Source of the DNA: Eledone cirrhosa
Lineage: Eukaryota
Length of the DNA stretch: 64,000 nt
NCBI GenBank assembly: GCA_964016885.1
Contig: OZ024749.1
Location: 51,212,001-51,276,000, forward strand
Direction of reading: 5' to 3'
A program made the translations under genes and the position numbers. Below the pieces are notes generated by a model. It did no database searches. It saw nothing but the letters and a program-made list of their open reading frames with translations, and was not told the origin of the DNA. Of this stretch, positions 26,255-39,049 are shown piece after piece. Numbering within the stretch: the first letter of the stretch is position 1; every line of letters begins with the position of its first letter.

Positions 26255-27315
26255 ATGCTTTGGGAGGGTCATGTTGCCAATAAGAAACACACGCACCAGT
26301 TGCTTTCACTCCAATGTATTATAAATTAAATTTATAAATTTAAGAATTTATAAATTTCCGGTTGCTATATACTACATTCTAGTTTTACAGTTAATATGGG
26401 GGCTGAGTTTACAGATTATGCATTTCTTATTTATACAGGGAGGTCTTTGAAAAGGGTATGTATTGCTAATAAGTGTTTTTATGGAGGTACCTGGTCTTTC
26501 TACTATCTTAATATTAAGTTTATGTTTATCTAGGGCCCTTCTAAATTTGTAAGCTAATTCACCTCTAGGGGTTGTATTTACCATTTTTTCCCATTTGGTT
26601 CTGGCTCCTCTATATACTCTGATTTTATCTCTCTGATTGTAACCAGAGAACTGCATACGGTGGATGAAGTGTTGTATGTGTCTCTCTAGTTCTTTGGGGT
26701 TGCACATGCGGGACACGTTTCTCATCACCCGTACCAAATCCGTAATCAGTATGTTGATTTTGGTGTGATCATATATTTGGAAGTCATGGGTTTGGCATAA
26801 TGGGAATGGAGGATTTGTTTTTTGTTATTAATGGTTTCTAACCAGATCTCTGTGTCTAGTACAGGTAATCGATGGTTGGGGTGTTTGCTTGGGTAGTCTA
26901 TAGTAACTCTAATACTCTGGTGGATGGAGTTAGCTATTTGCTGGATGCTTTCCATGGTGTTATTCTCTAATTCCTGACTGTTCTCTAGTGGGATTGTTTT
27001 TACTACGATGTTTATATCATCAACGTAGCGGGAGTACATTATCAGGGTTAAGAGGTTGCTGTCTTATAATTGTTCTTTAAGTTTAAGTCTATTGTCCCAC
27101 CATACCATGAATAGGTTAGCTATGTCACCTGCAATGCTAACACCAAAGGCTGCTCTCTCCTCTTGGGCATATGTTTTTCCATTAAATTTGAACATATGTT
27201 CCTTAAGGGTTAATTTTATACTGGCCCCCACCGCATGTGCAATCATTTTCTTTAGTTCATCGTGGTTTTCGGGGTCCGTATGCCTCTGGTCCACCCGGTC
27301 CATCTTTCTGTGTGG

Positions 27316-27320
<5 letters not shown>
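26250..27320 (-). mobile_element. Truncated, internally deleted PLE (family B) between TA tracts
   Basis: Pieces ...AHAVGASIKLTLKEHMFKFNG..., YSRYVDDINIV, RLPVLD, RMQFSGY and CINKKCIICK are homologous to family A. Joined to a terminal-repeat fragment (26250-26365) that matches about 10895-11000. Confidence 0.9.
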
Positions 27321-27407
<87 letters not shown>

Positions 27408-27408
<1 letters not shown>

Positions 27409-27593
27409 GAGGGTTGGCAGAAAAGTTCATAGGCTGACTATAAAGGAGTGATGCTAAAGCTGTGAAATCTTGCATGTATTAATTTCAACTCTTCTTATTA
27501 ATAACTGCATTGTTTCTTTACCAGGGATTATATTGAAAAATAAACCTCATTTGGTCATTCCATGAGAGTATTTTAGTCAACCTATGAACTTTT
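27408..27593 (+). mobile_element. Tc1/mariner-type MITE (about 200 bp); other copies at 2822-3011, 18956-19169, 25968-26155, 44746-44943, 47826-47982, 56815-57166
   Basis: TIR of the form CGAGGGTTGGCWGAAAAGTTCATAGGCTGAC preceded by TA; shared internal sequence. Confidence 0.85.
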
Positions 27594-27783
27594 TAAGTGG
27601 TAAGGATGTTGGACTTATGATCATAATGCCGTGGGTTCGATTTCTGCACTAAGTTGTATGTTGTATTCTTGAGCAAAACACTTCATTTCACGTTACTCTA
27701 ATATACTCAGCTAAAAATGTGTACCAGCTATAGCTGGGGGCTTAACCCTACAATGGACTGACGTCCTGTTCAAGTGGGGGGAG

Positions 27784-28330
27784 TCTTGTACTCTCAGTTG
27801 CTTCAAGCCACAAAACCGTGATATGCATCAGCCTGAAGACCCTTCTAGCTTGAGAGAGACTTTAACCCAGTGATGGTCTGGCATCCTGTCCAGGGGGAAG
27901 TCTTGTACTCTCAGTTCCTTCAAGCCACAAAACCGTGATATGCATCAGCCTGAAGACCCTTCTAGCTTGAGAGAGACTTTAACCCAGTGATGGTCTGGCA
28001 TCCTGTCCAGGGGGAAGTCTTGTACTCTCAGTTCCTTCAAGCCACAAAACCGTGATATGCATCAGCCTGAAGACCCTTCTAGCTTGAGAGAGACTTTAAC
28101 CCAGTGATGGTCTGGCATCCTGTCCAGGGGGAAGTCTTGTACTCTCAGTTCCTTCAAGCCACAAAACCGTGATATGCATCAGCCTGAAGACCCTTCTAGC
28201 TTGAGAGAGACTTTAACCCAGTGATGGACTAGTATCCTGTCCAGGGGGAAATCTTGTACTCTCAGTTGCTTCAAGCCACAAAACCGTGATATGCACCAGC
28301 CTGAAGACCCTTCTAGCTTGAGAGAGACTT
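27784..28330 (+). repeat. Tandem array of a 117-bp SINE tail (about 4.7 copies)
   Basis: TCTTGTACTC at 27784, 27901, 28018, 28135 and 28252, downstream of a SINE head at about 27596. Confidence 0.92.
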
Positions 28331-28709
28331 TAGAATGCAAAGAGATGATGTATTATTCAAAACACGAACAGTAACTTCTTAAATCAAGGACCTAGAAAGA
28401 AAAACTGCCCTACATATAAGAAGAGGAAGGAGTTTTATAAACGATTTATCATTTCTGTGAAGAATTCCATGGAATGTTTGATGGTAGTTATCACACCAGA
28501 GCTGCTAATACTGCTCAAGAGAAAGAATATTTGAAAATTTGCAAGAATAACATTGCATAACTTGTAGCAGGAATTAGGAAAAGGAAACAAGAACAGAAAA
28601 ATTCTCTTGAAAGATTTAGCAAAAGCACATGAAGTGTCAGGACTTAGAGAATAAGAAAAGGAAAATCATATGCCACTTTGAGATAAATTCACCATTATGA
28701 ATGTTTAAA

Positions 28710-29550
28710 ACATATATGTATATACATATATACATACACATACACTCACATATACATACATAAACATACACATACATACACACATACACATACACATGTA
28801 CACATACACTCACATATACATACATAAACATACACATACATACACACATACATATACACATGTACACATACACTCACATATACATACATAAATATACACA
28901 TACATACACACATACATATACACATGTACACATACACTCACATATACATACATAAATATACACATACATGCACACATACATATACACATGTACACATACA
29001 CTCACATATACATACATAAACATACACATACATACATACTCACATACATACACACATGTACACATACATACACACATACACATACACATACACATGTACA
29101 CATACACTCACATATACATACACATACATACTATACTCACATACATACACACATGTACACATACAACACACATACATACACACATGTACACATACACATA
29201 ATACACACACATATACACACACATATACATACACATACAAACAAACACACACAAATATACACACACATATGCTCACACATACACACACACATGTACACAT
29301 ACACATAATACACACACATATACACACACATATATATACACATACAAACAAACATACACACAAATATACACACACATATGCTCACACATACACACACACA
29401 TGTACACATACACATAATACACATTTATACACACACATATACATACACATACAAACATACACACAAATATACACGCACAAATTCTCACACATATACACAC
29501 ACATACACACACCCATGTACACACACCCATGTACATACACACACTCACAC
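28710..29550. repeat. (CA/TA) compound microsatellite with higher-order repeats
   Basis: Direct reading; about 64-bp periodicity near 28740-29000. Confidence 0.9.
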
Positions 29551-29747
29551 GGTGAAGGCTGTAAAAAAAAACAGAGGATGCTGAGAACCTTAGTAAATCT
29601 AGTGTCAAAAATATCCCTAATGAAATAAATTTAAATATCTCTTAAATATACATGTTTTTTATGCTAATTGTCCATGTCAGAATAAATAAAAGCAATGAGG
29701 CATGTCTTATTTTCAAAAGGTTTTAATAGTTTCCAGTTCCAGCTTGC

Positions 29748-30445
29748 AGTAATGTGCCAGCTTCAGCATTCGGTAATCATAAAAAGGGAGGTAGGTGTAA
29801 AAGCCAAACTCGCTATCTTTAATTCGGTAATCATAAAAAGGGAGGTAGGTGTAAAAGCCAAACTCGCTATATTTAATTCGGTAATCATAAAAAGGGAGGT
29901 AGGTGTAAAAGCCAAACTCGCTATCTTTAATTCGGTAATCATAAAAAGGGAGGTAGGTGTAAAAGCCAAACTCGCTATCTTTAATTCGGTATTCATGCCA
30001 ACCTTTACCTATGGTTATGAAGCTTGGGTAATGACTGAATGAATACAATCGCGAATACAAGCATCCAAAATGGGGTTTCTCTGAAAGTCCTTTGGAGTAA
30101 CATTACTCGATAGAGTGTGTAACACAGAGATCAGAGAGTCACTCCAGGTAGAGCTGCTACTTCTCCAAATTGAGAGATCACAGCTCTGGTACTATGAGCA
30201 TGTGGTTAGAATGTTTCAGGAAAGAATCACTTGATGGATTTTACAAGCAAAAACTAGCTGGCAGGAGACCCAGAGGTAGACCCCGAACAAGATGGTTTTA
30301 TAACATCCATGAGCTTGCTGGTCTTGCTTGGCGAAGCAGCCGCCGGAACAGTTGGAAATGGTTGCTTCTGATAGGACTTGCTGCAAGGAGTGTTTGAGAA
30401 CTCGTCCCCACGACCCTTTCAGGAATAAGTAAGTGAAGAAGAAGT
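29748..30445 (+). mobile_element. RTE-type LINE 3' fragment with an internal 54-bp x4 tandem; same family at 4045-4290 (+) and 41580-42030 (-)
   Basis: KAKLAIFNSVFMPTFTYGYEAW...WYxHVVRM...GRRPRGRPRTRW; (GAA)n tail; in-frame stops. Confidence 0.88.
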
Positions 30446-33272
30446 CCCAACTTGAATATAGATCACAAGATAATGAATAAAAACTATACAGCTATTCCTC
30501 ACTCTATGTCATTGATTAGTTCTAGAGATCAAGACTTATAAGTTGAAAAATGACATATGTCGAATTAACCCCTCCTATAAACCGCTAATAGATATTCCCT
30601 ACATTACTTTATACTGTATATTTTAGCATTTATATACTGGGTAAATTTTATTACAATGCTAGTACAAGAGAAAATTATCATATCCCTAACATGACTGAAG
30701 AGTCTGTTCTATGGTATGGTATGGTCCCACAACTCCTGCTGGAATTGAAGGGGTGCCGTATTGGGCATTTTAAGCCTGGCGGAGCCCATTACTCTCCAGG
30801 TCTGAACACAGTAGATTTCTTCAAGAGAAGGATAGAGAGAGTGAGAAAAAGATGTAGAGGAAGAATCAACCCTGTGTGGTGGCATTGCACAGATGATAAT
30901 AGAAAGATATAGATGAGAATGGGAGGATGGTAGGAGATAAAGCTATTGATGAAGAAGGGGATTTAATGAGAGAAAAATGGATGCTTTGTTTGTCTTTTAT
31001 AAAATTGATTAGACAAAGCAGGCAGGAATGATGAGAAAGGGAATACAGATATATCAAGTAAGATTTCGTGGGAATATATTTGGTTAAATAAAATTATACT
31101 CAGAGTAATAGTGTATTAGTAATAGGTAAGGCTGTTTGTTTAGATAACTGATAAATATCTGCCTATCAGATGAACAGCCATTTCTAAAATATGACCTATA
31201 TGTGTATCAGACGAGATGGGAATGTACTGGTCTACATATGTGAACAATATTTCATCATTATTCATATTTTGATTTTTTCGCAGGGTTACCAGCTGTTCAG
31301 AACTAACGTATTTCCATGCCTTGCAGACGAAAAAAAAATCGACATTTTTGTTAAAGTTTTTCACTCTACAGATATTTTGTAGACTTGAAAATGATACAAA
31401 GTTTATGTATATCTGTATCAGATGTTGTTAAACATAATTATGGTATGTGGGTTATAAGTGGCTACATCAGTATTCATGCCATTAGGTTAGATATTATATG
31501 GTGAAAGTAATAAAAAGTTTTAGTGATGTGAAGTGTTTTTATGAAAGATTCAGTAGCTTTGTACTAAAGACTAGATTATCTCAGTAAATTATACGAGGTA
31601 TAGATGACCAAAGATAAAATTATTTAACAATAACACATCATGTAACAGTAATGTAACAGTAATGTTTTATAGGGCTTTATCATGTCTCAAAAACAGGAAA
31701 TAAGCTCATAGACTTTGGTCAGGTTTCAATTTCCTATAGGTGCAATTTAAAGAGTTCAATATCACAACTTGTCTGCTTCCTCTAACAGGAAGCTGTAAGT
31801 CTTAAATTAACAAATTCAACAGTATTCAATATAAGTATGTAAGGATAAGTTGTAGAAAGACTACATGAAGAGGTTATTACTAGTAAGGTTTCTTGTAAGG
31901 TGTAAGAGAATTTATAGAAGCTTCTACTAGTTGTTTTTAATTAAAATGTTTTTCTCTCTCTTATATCTTCATTACTTGAGTTACTGAGATTTCTTTACTA
32001 GTCTTTCTTTAAATATGAACATAGTTACTACCAGGGCTGGACTTTCACCTTCTGAGGCTCTACACTATAAGAAATGTAGCTGTCGAATCTAGCTGTCTAA
32101 ACTGCAGGAGCTCAGCCGTCAAGGTCCTGACTCTACTACCCTAAGTATCAAGTACTCTGGTGCATTATGGTCCACCTGGTTTCTTACCACACTTTCTTTG
32201 TTATATATATATCATCACCATCATCATCATCATCGTTTAACGTCTATCTTCCACGCTTGCATGGGTTAGACGGGAGTTGTCCCACTTGAGACAAGATTGG
32301 TCGGGTGACCATGTCTCGCTCATATGGGACTATCTGGCATGTTTTCTACGGCTGGATGCCCTTCCTAACACTAATATTAGGTATGAATCATAGCTGCCAT
32401 ATAGCAGATACTATTCGAGTTGTTTGAGGTGATCACAAAGCACTCAATGGAGCAAAAGGTTAATACATTATTGTCCAGAGTAAATACAAAATTAAGAAAG
32501 TGTGCCACCAAGAAAAGAGACTAAAAGCAGTGGCCATACATTTACCACAACAACAATATACAAATAAGTTGAAGCTAAAGTTTTTTATGATTAAAGAATA
32601 AAGATATATTTTTTAAAATGAGGCTCCCGAGGTTGTGTAGCCCTAAGCTATGGCTCATTTAGCTTATAGGTAAGTCCAACCTTGGGTAAGAGTTTCCTGG
32701 TCAAAGAGTATATTACTATTAAGTCTGAGGCAGGATATCAGAGTAAATGGCAGGATGGAAGAAATAATCTTCCATCCTGCAAGGAAATTGCTTTTATTAG
32801 TATTTCAACACATGTCTTCTAATGGATGGCTTTTATTACCAAAGCTAGAAGAAAGTTTAGTCTTAATTTTCTTAATAAAGCGTCATGGTTAGTTAGAAAA
32901 TGTTCAGCTGTTTAGTGGTAGCTGATAATTGTTTATGAATGTGTAGAAATGAGATATGTAAAAAGGTAAACAGACAGGAAGCAAAACAGGATGATAAGAT
33001 GGAGATGTGGTTAAAGAGGAAATTTTATTAGCATATAAACATATGTAATAAATAAACTAGGCTGCTGGGAATTGGATGTAATCGAAGACTTGCTGAATAT
33101 TATAGATAGATCTCTAAGTATGATAAAAAAATTTGCAGCATATTTGTATATATAGACATGGTGAGGGCTAATACTGGCCAAAACCTATCAAAGTTACAAA
33201 GTTATATATATGTGTATATACATATACACATATACACATATATATACACACACATATATATATAATATATAC

Positions 33273-33347
<75 letters not shown>

Positions 33348-33428
33348 GCGGCGATGAATTAGTTTAGCGAGGTTTTTTATATGAAATCGTGTGTCGAAAC
33401 AAATATTGTTATACTTGGGGAGGGTCAT
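33348..33428 (-). CDS. N-terminal start of the PLE ORF carried in the 3' terminal repeat (MTLPKYNNICFDTRFHIKNLAKLIHRR)
   Basis: The homologous peptide at 10975 (+), [27 protein letters not shown], differs by six synonymous changes and no indels. Confidence 0.6.
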
Positions 33429-33499
33429 ATTTGTGTAATATTGCCAGAATTAATAACAGAACACACTCACTGTTTGGTTGGTTTTCGCTTCTCGCTGTC

Positions 33500-33506
33500 T
33501 TTTATA
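33500..33506 (-). promoter_or_regulatory. Candidate TATA box of the PLE terminal repeat
   Basis: TATAAAA about 25-30 nt upstream of CCAACCAAACAGT and about 70 nt upstream of the ATG. The family B copy has TATATAAA at 10861 in the same order. Confidence 0.45.
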
Positions 33507-33615
33507 TCTGCGATCTAACATACTCGGTCCTCAATGTTGCCATTGACTGACCGACGGTCAAAAATAATACAGATACAATATAGACACAAACACATATATA
33601 TAGTTTACATAATTT

Positions 33616-33655
33616 ACATAAATCTTTCGTTGCACATCTGCAACATCGTCAGTGG
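33616..33655 (-). ncRNA. Minimal hammerhead motif in the 3' region of PLE family A
   Basis: CA-CUGACGA-U GUUGCA GAUG UGCAAC-GAAA-GAUU-UA-UG. Stem II covaries with the 10816 copy; stem I is only 2 bp. Confidence 0.72.
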
Positions 33656-33925
33656 TGTTATATTTTTTCCTCCTGTTGTGTTGTATGTCTACGCCATTTT
33701 TTATTCAGTCTGTCTATATATTTATTTATTTATTTGCTTGTTTGTTTATTTTATTTTGTCTTCTTTGCGCATGCGTTTGCGTGTGTGTATAGTGTTATGT
33801 TTGCTGTGTGATTAGTGTGTATAGTGTTGTGTTTTCTGGGTGACTAGTGTATGTTTATGTGCTTGTTGTTATTGTGCTTGTGTATGTATTTATTTATCTT
33901 ATTTTATTTTATTTTATTTACTTAT

Positions 33926-36900
33926 TTATACTTCTCTTAGGTCAGTGTTGTTTGTTTGGGTGTTGTTGTTGTTCCACTCATTCTTTCTGTTTAGCTTTGG
34001 TCTTCTAATTTCTATTTCACTGGCCTCTCTGATTTGCCTATCTGCTGGGTCATTCCTATGTTTAGATATTATTCTAATTTCTATGTTGTCTATGTTACCG
34101 TCATGTTGTTGTCTAGCATGTTCGTATAGTACTGACCCGTTTTTTCGTCCTTTTAGTTCCCCCCGGTGTTGGTCTATCCTTTCACCTATGCTACGAGCTG
34201 TCTCACCTATGTATGTTGTTGTCATGTTTCTGCAAGTACCCTCTGTACATCTTATGCTATAGACTACGTTTCTAGTTTTACAGTTTATCCGGGGGTTCAC
34301 CTTACATATGATACATTTCCTATTGGTACAGTGGGTTTTTTTAAAAGGGTAGGTTTTGCTGATCAGGGATTTTATGGTGGTTCCTGGCTTTTCTACCACC
34401 TTTATTTTTAAGTGGGTCTTTCTCAGGGCCTTTCTACACTGGTTAGCTAATTTCCCTCCAGGGGTGGCGTCCACAAACATGACACTCTGATATCTCTGGT
34501 TGTTATACCATGATGTGGCCTTCCCTATCTTATGTCTAGCCCTATCTAAGCTATTCCATGATTTGCTCCTGTATAATGGGCAAATTCCTTTCATGTCCAG
34601 TTCTATGAGGGTCTTATACTTTTCCATGGCTCCTTCGTATACTCTGACTCTGTCTCTTTGGTTGTAGCCAGAGAACTGCATGCGGTTGATGAAGTGTTGG
34701 ATGTGTCTTTCCATTTCTGTTGGGTCGCACATGCTGGACACATTCTTCATCACTCGTACCAAATCTGCGATCAGAATATTAAACTTAGCACTACTGGACA
34801 TTGCTGAGTTTTTGAGTATCAGGTATTTGGAGGCCATGGGTTTAGCATAGTGTGAGTGGAGAATTTGAGCTCTCTCGTCTATAGTGTTAATCCAGAGTTC
34901 TGTGTCTAATACAGGTAGTCTATTGTTAGGGTGTTTGGAAGGGAAGTCGATAGTTACAGTTATACTCTGGTGTATGGAATTAGCTATCTGCTGGATGCTT
35001 TCCATCGTGCTACGTTCTAAATCAAACTTGTTAGTGCTCTCTAGTGGGGGTGTTCTTATAACTATATTGATATCGTCTACATAACGAGAGTACATGATGA
35101 GGTCTATGGAGCTTTCATTAAGGAGATCTTTAAGTCTCCTTTCCCACCATACCATGAAAAGGTTGGCAACATCACCAGCTATGCTGACGCCGATGGCTGC
35201 TCCCTCATTTTGGGTGTAGATTTTCTCATTGAACTTAAATATGTGGCCCTTTAGGGTAGTTTTGATACTAGCCCCTATTGCATGTGCGACCATTTTTCTT
35301 ACCTGATCATTGTTTTTGGGGGGTCCGTATAGCTTTGGTCCACCCAATCCACCTTCCCATGGGAGTCTTTTTTACCATTGAGGTTATGGTGGGGGGGTCT
35401 ACCTCTTATAGGTCTACTAGGGCAGAAACATCTAAGGTCATGGCTGTCTAGGTAGTCAGTGTCGTAGGTAAGTCTAAGTAGGAGGCCCAGTTCGTGTGTC
35501 GACGTCGCAGAACTCCACCTCACTCTCAATGATCAACTCCACACATCTTTTCACAGCAAAATCAATGTTAATGGATGGGTACAGTGACACCACATCCATG
35601 CTGCCTATTATGCAGTTGGATAGGCTCCTGTTTTTGTTGCACTCACTGATTCTGCTGAGGAGGTCCTCTGTACTTTCACATACATCTGGGGACATCTTGA
35701 TTATGGGGCGTATAACCATTGAGAGGAAGTAGGAGATCCTGTAGTTGCTAGCTATATTAGCTCCGCATACGGGTCTTGTTGGTGGTCCTGTTGTCGGGTC
35801 GTCGACTGTCTTGTGGTCTTTGCGGAGCCCATACAAGGGTGGTATGCCATTGTTAGACGCCTGGAAGTTGTTGGCAGTGCGTCTGCTTGGCTTTAGGATG
35901 TCAGTCCACATCATCATGTGAGCGTTGAGGATTTTTTCTCTCCCATCGTGTGTTTGTTGTGCAACTTCGCTCGTGTTGGTGATGTGGGGTTGCATAGCCT
36001 CGATGTAGTTCGGCATGCTATCTATTGACATCCTACCAGACTTATCTGTGGGTAGACACACTACCTCACCATCCCTTGTGCGCTGCTTGAGGCTAACCAA
36101 GCCTTCTACAGGTTTCCTCCCAAGTTGGTGGGCCTCTGGTCTGCTCTGTCTCTTAGTATACCTGTCTACTACTTGTCTAATCTTATTTCTAGCTATGGTG
36201 AACTGTGCCTCTGTCTCGTCATCTATTTGTTGTGGTATACAAACTCTTTTATTAAAGGGTAACCTCGTAGGATAGATATTACCCATCTTATATGTTTTGT
36301 CAGCTGGGTTGAAAAATAGTTTCTCTAAGGGTTGTCATTATATCTATCGTCATAGTTGTGTGTGTTGCTATTGTTGTTATCAGGGTGGTTGTTGTTGTTT
36401 CTATCATTAGCATTATTATTATTGTTATGATTGCTAGATGTATTGTTGTTTACTTCACCGTTATTGTTGTTGTTGTTACTGTTATTTCTACCATTGTGGT
36501 TGTTACTATTATTATGTTTCTTGTTTTTGTTGATGTTGCTACATGTACTATTTCCATTATTACCACTGTGGTTATTGTTGTTGTTGTTCGTATTGTTACC
36601 GTTATTACTACTGTGGTCGCTGCTGCTGTGTCTGTGGTTAATGTTTCTATTATTATTATTATTGTGGTTGTTGTTGTTGTTCTGTCTATCGCTAGTATTA
36701 TTACCATTATCACTATTTCTCACTTTCCTGCCATTGTTATGATTATGGCTGTTATTTCTATACCCAGAGTTATTGTTTATATTACTACTACCGTTATTAT
36801 TGTTGTTGTTGTTTACCTTTGCATTCCAACGTATTTTTGTGAAACACTTTTCCAGCTCCGTTTTGCACTCCATAGGGTTAATCTTTTTGTAGATGGCAAA

Positions 36901-37437
36901 TTTTGGTGGTAACCGTAGGATTTGTTGTTCTTGTTCACTGATTAAAGTGTTCCCATAAATATTTACTGTGTGGTCATTGGTAAATTCTTCCGGTAGTTTT
37001 ACATCAGTCATACGGATATTGTTGATGTTATCTGGGTATTTTTGAGAATATTCGATTTTCCTTTCTTGTAGTTTTTTCTTATTCATCCATTCTAATTTCT
37101 TCTTGAAATGCCTATTGCATTCGTTTCGAGCGTATTTCGTTTCACGTCGGATGACGCTCATGAAGTTATCTCTCTCGTTTGCTGTGATGAGATTTCGGAT
37201 TTCCTTACCGTTAATGCGTTTCTGTCTGTAGAGTGCGTTGACTTTTGTGTATGTTGTTCTTTTCATATTAACTGTTATTGTGTGTTTTAGTCGTTCGGCT
37301 TGTGTTTTGTTCAATAATAAATTATTTACTTGTTTTGATATGTTTGTTGTGTGTGTTTTGGAGGAAACACAGTGTTTTAAGAAGCGGATTTGTTCTGTTG
37401 TTATTGTAGTTTTTATATAACAGAAAACAGTGTCTTT

Positions 37438-37444
<7 letters not shown>
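33926..37444 (-). pseudogene. PLE RT/GIY-YIG polyprotein ORF broken by frameshifts
   Basis: Frame breaks near 36330, 35495 and 35320 (probably also a compensated pair near 35380-35395), mostly at homopolymer or dinucleotide runs. Confidence 0.85.
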
Positions 37445-37511
<67 letters not shown>

Positions 37512-37591
37512 TATATGTATATACATATACATATATATATATGTATGTATATACATACATATATATATATATATTCATATATATATATGTA

Positions 37592-37622
<31 letters not shown>

Positions 37623-37812
37623 GTATGTATATACATATATATATATATATATATACATATATATATGTATGTATATACATATATATATATACATATATAT
37701 ATGTATGTATATACATATATATATACATATATATATATGTATGTATATACAAATATATATACATATATACATATATATATGTATGTATATACAAATATAT
37801 ATACATATATAC

Positions 37813-37847
<35 letters not shown>

Positions 37848-39049
37848 AAGTCTGTCTCAAGCCCAGAGGCTCATCAGGTCAGTGCTTATCCTGGTTTCCA
37901 TGGTGTGAAGTAACTGAGAGTACAAGAGTTTACCCTGGGCAGGATGCCAGTCCATCTCAGAGTGAAAACTCCAGCTATTGCTGGTACTTTTTTTTTCAGC
38001 TAAGTACACTAGAACAACATGAAAAAAATTGAACTAGTCTTCCTTTGATGTTAACATTGGTATTACATTAGGCTAATTGATAAGATCCCAAACCTCATTT
38101 GCTTACCGAATGGGGTGGACCTTGCTTGATTGGACCAAGGAAACAATGTTTCCATTGTTTTTTTTGTTTTTTTTTTCCAATTGCTAATACTATTTACCAA
38201 TCACAACTCCTGGCAGAAAGAGCACTATGAAATAAAGTATCTTACTCAAGGACATAACGCATCACCCAGCCTGATAATCAAACTCACAACCTCCTGATTG
38301 TAAGCCCAATGCTCTAACCACTAAGCCCAATGTTCTAACCACTAAGCCCAATGCTCTAACCACTAAGCCCAATGCTCTAACCACTAAGCCCATGCACCTC
38401 CATGTTAAAAAGTAATAGTTATATTTTAACAGAATAAAAATATTAAACCTTCTGTTATGAATAATCATAAGAATATATAATTGTTTCTACATTTGGCACA
38501 AGACCGGCAATTACCCAGTACATTACTGGTACTTTATTTTATCCACCCTGTAAGGATGAAAGGCAAAGTTAACCTTGGCGGGATTTGAACTCAGATCTTA
38601 AAGAGACGTAACTATGCTGGAAAGTATAGCGTCCGACTCTCTACCTATACTGCCAAGTGAATCTAACTCCCTAACCACTAAGCCATGTGACTTCCCAGTT
38701 TCATGTTAACAGTATTAATTTTATAATTTTGTTATTTTCCACTCGTTCTTTATCAATAATAGTTTTTGATTTAGACACGAGGCCAACAATTTTGGATGGA
38801 GGGGAAGTCAATTAAATCAACCTCCGTACGTGACTGGTACTTTAATTTATTGACCTCATAAGGATCAAAGGCAAAGTTAACCTCGGCAGGATTTGAACTC
38901 AGAACTTAAAGGGCCATAACTCTATGCAGCAAAGCATGGTGTCCAATGCTCAACCGATACTGCCAATCAACTGCCCTTCTTTTTCAATAATGTAAATTTT
39001 AAGGGTTTACCCAATCAGGGCTGACCTAATTAGATAGCAATCTTAATCT

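Larger units (their letters stand above)
33348..37444 (-). mobile_element. Penelope-like retroelement (family A), near full length, inserted in (TA)n
   Basis: Four consecutive ORF pieces give an N-terminal domain (LRLPPKFA), PTDKSGR, RT motifs (RPVCG, SMDVVSLYPSI, QNEGAAIG, RYVDD, LPVLD), a CxxxxCxxC linker and a GIY-YIG endonuclease (NVVYSIRC...YIGETARSIGERIDQH...RQIREA...LN). Both ends abut TA tracts. Confidence 0.93.

Noticed and set aside
37445-37860. YIYI N-terminal extension of the 511-aa ORF
   Set aside because: Flanking (TA)n-type tract; the annotated start is fortuitous.
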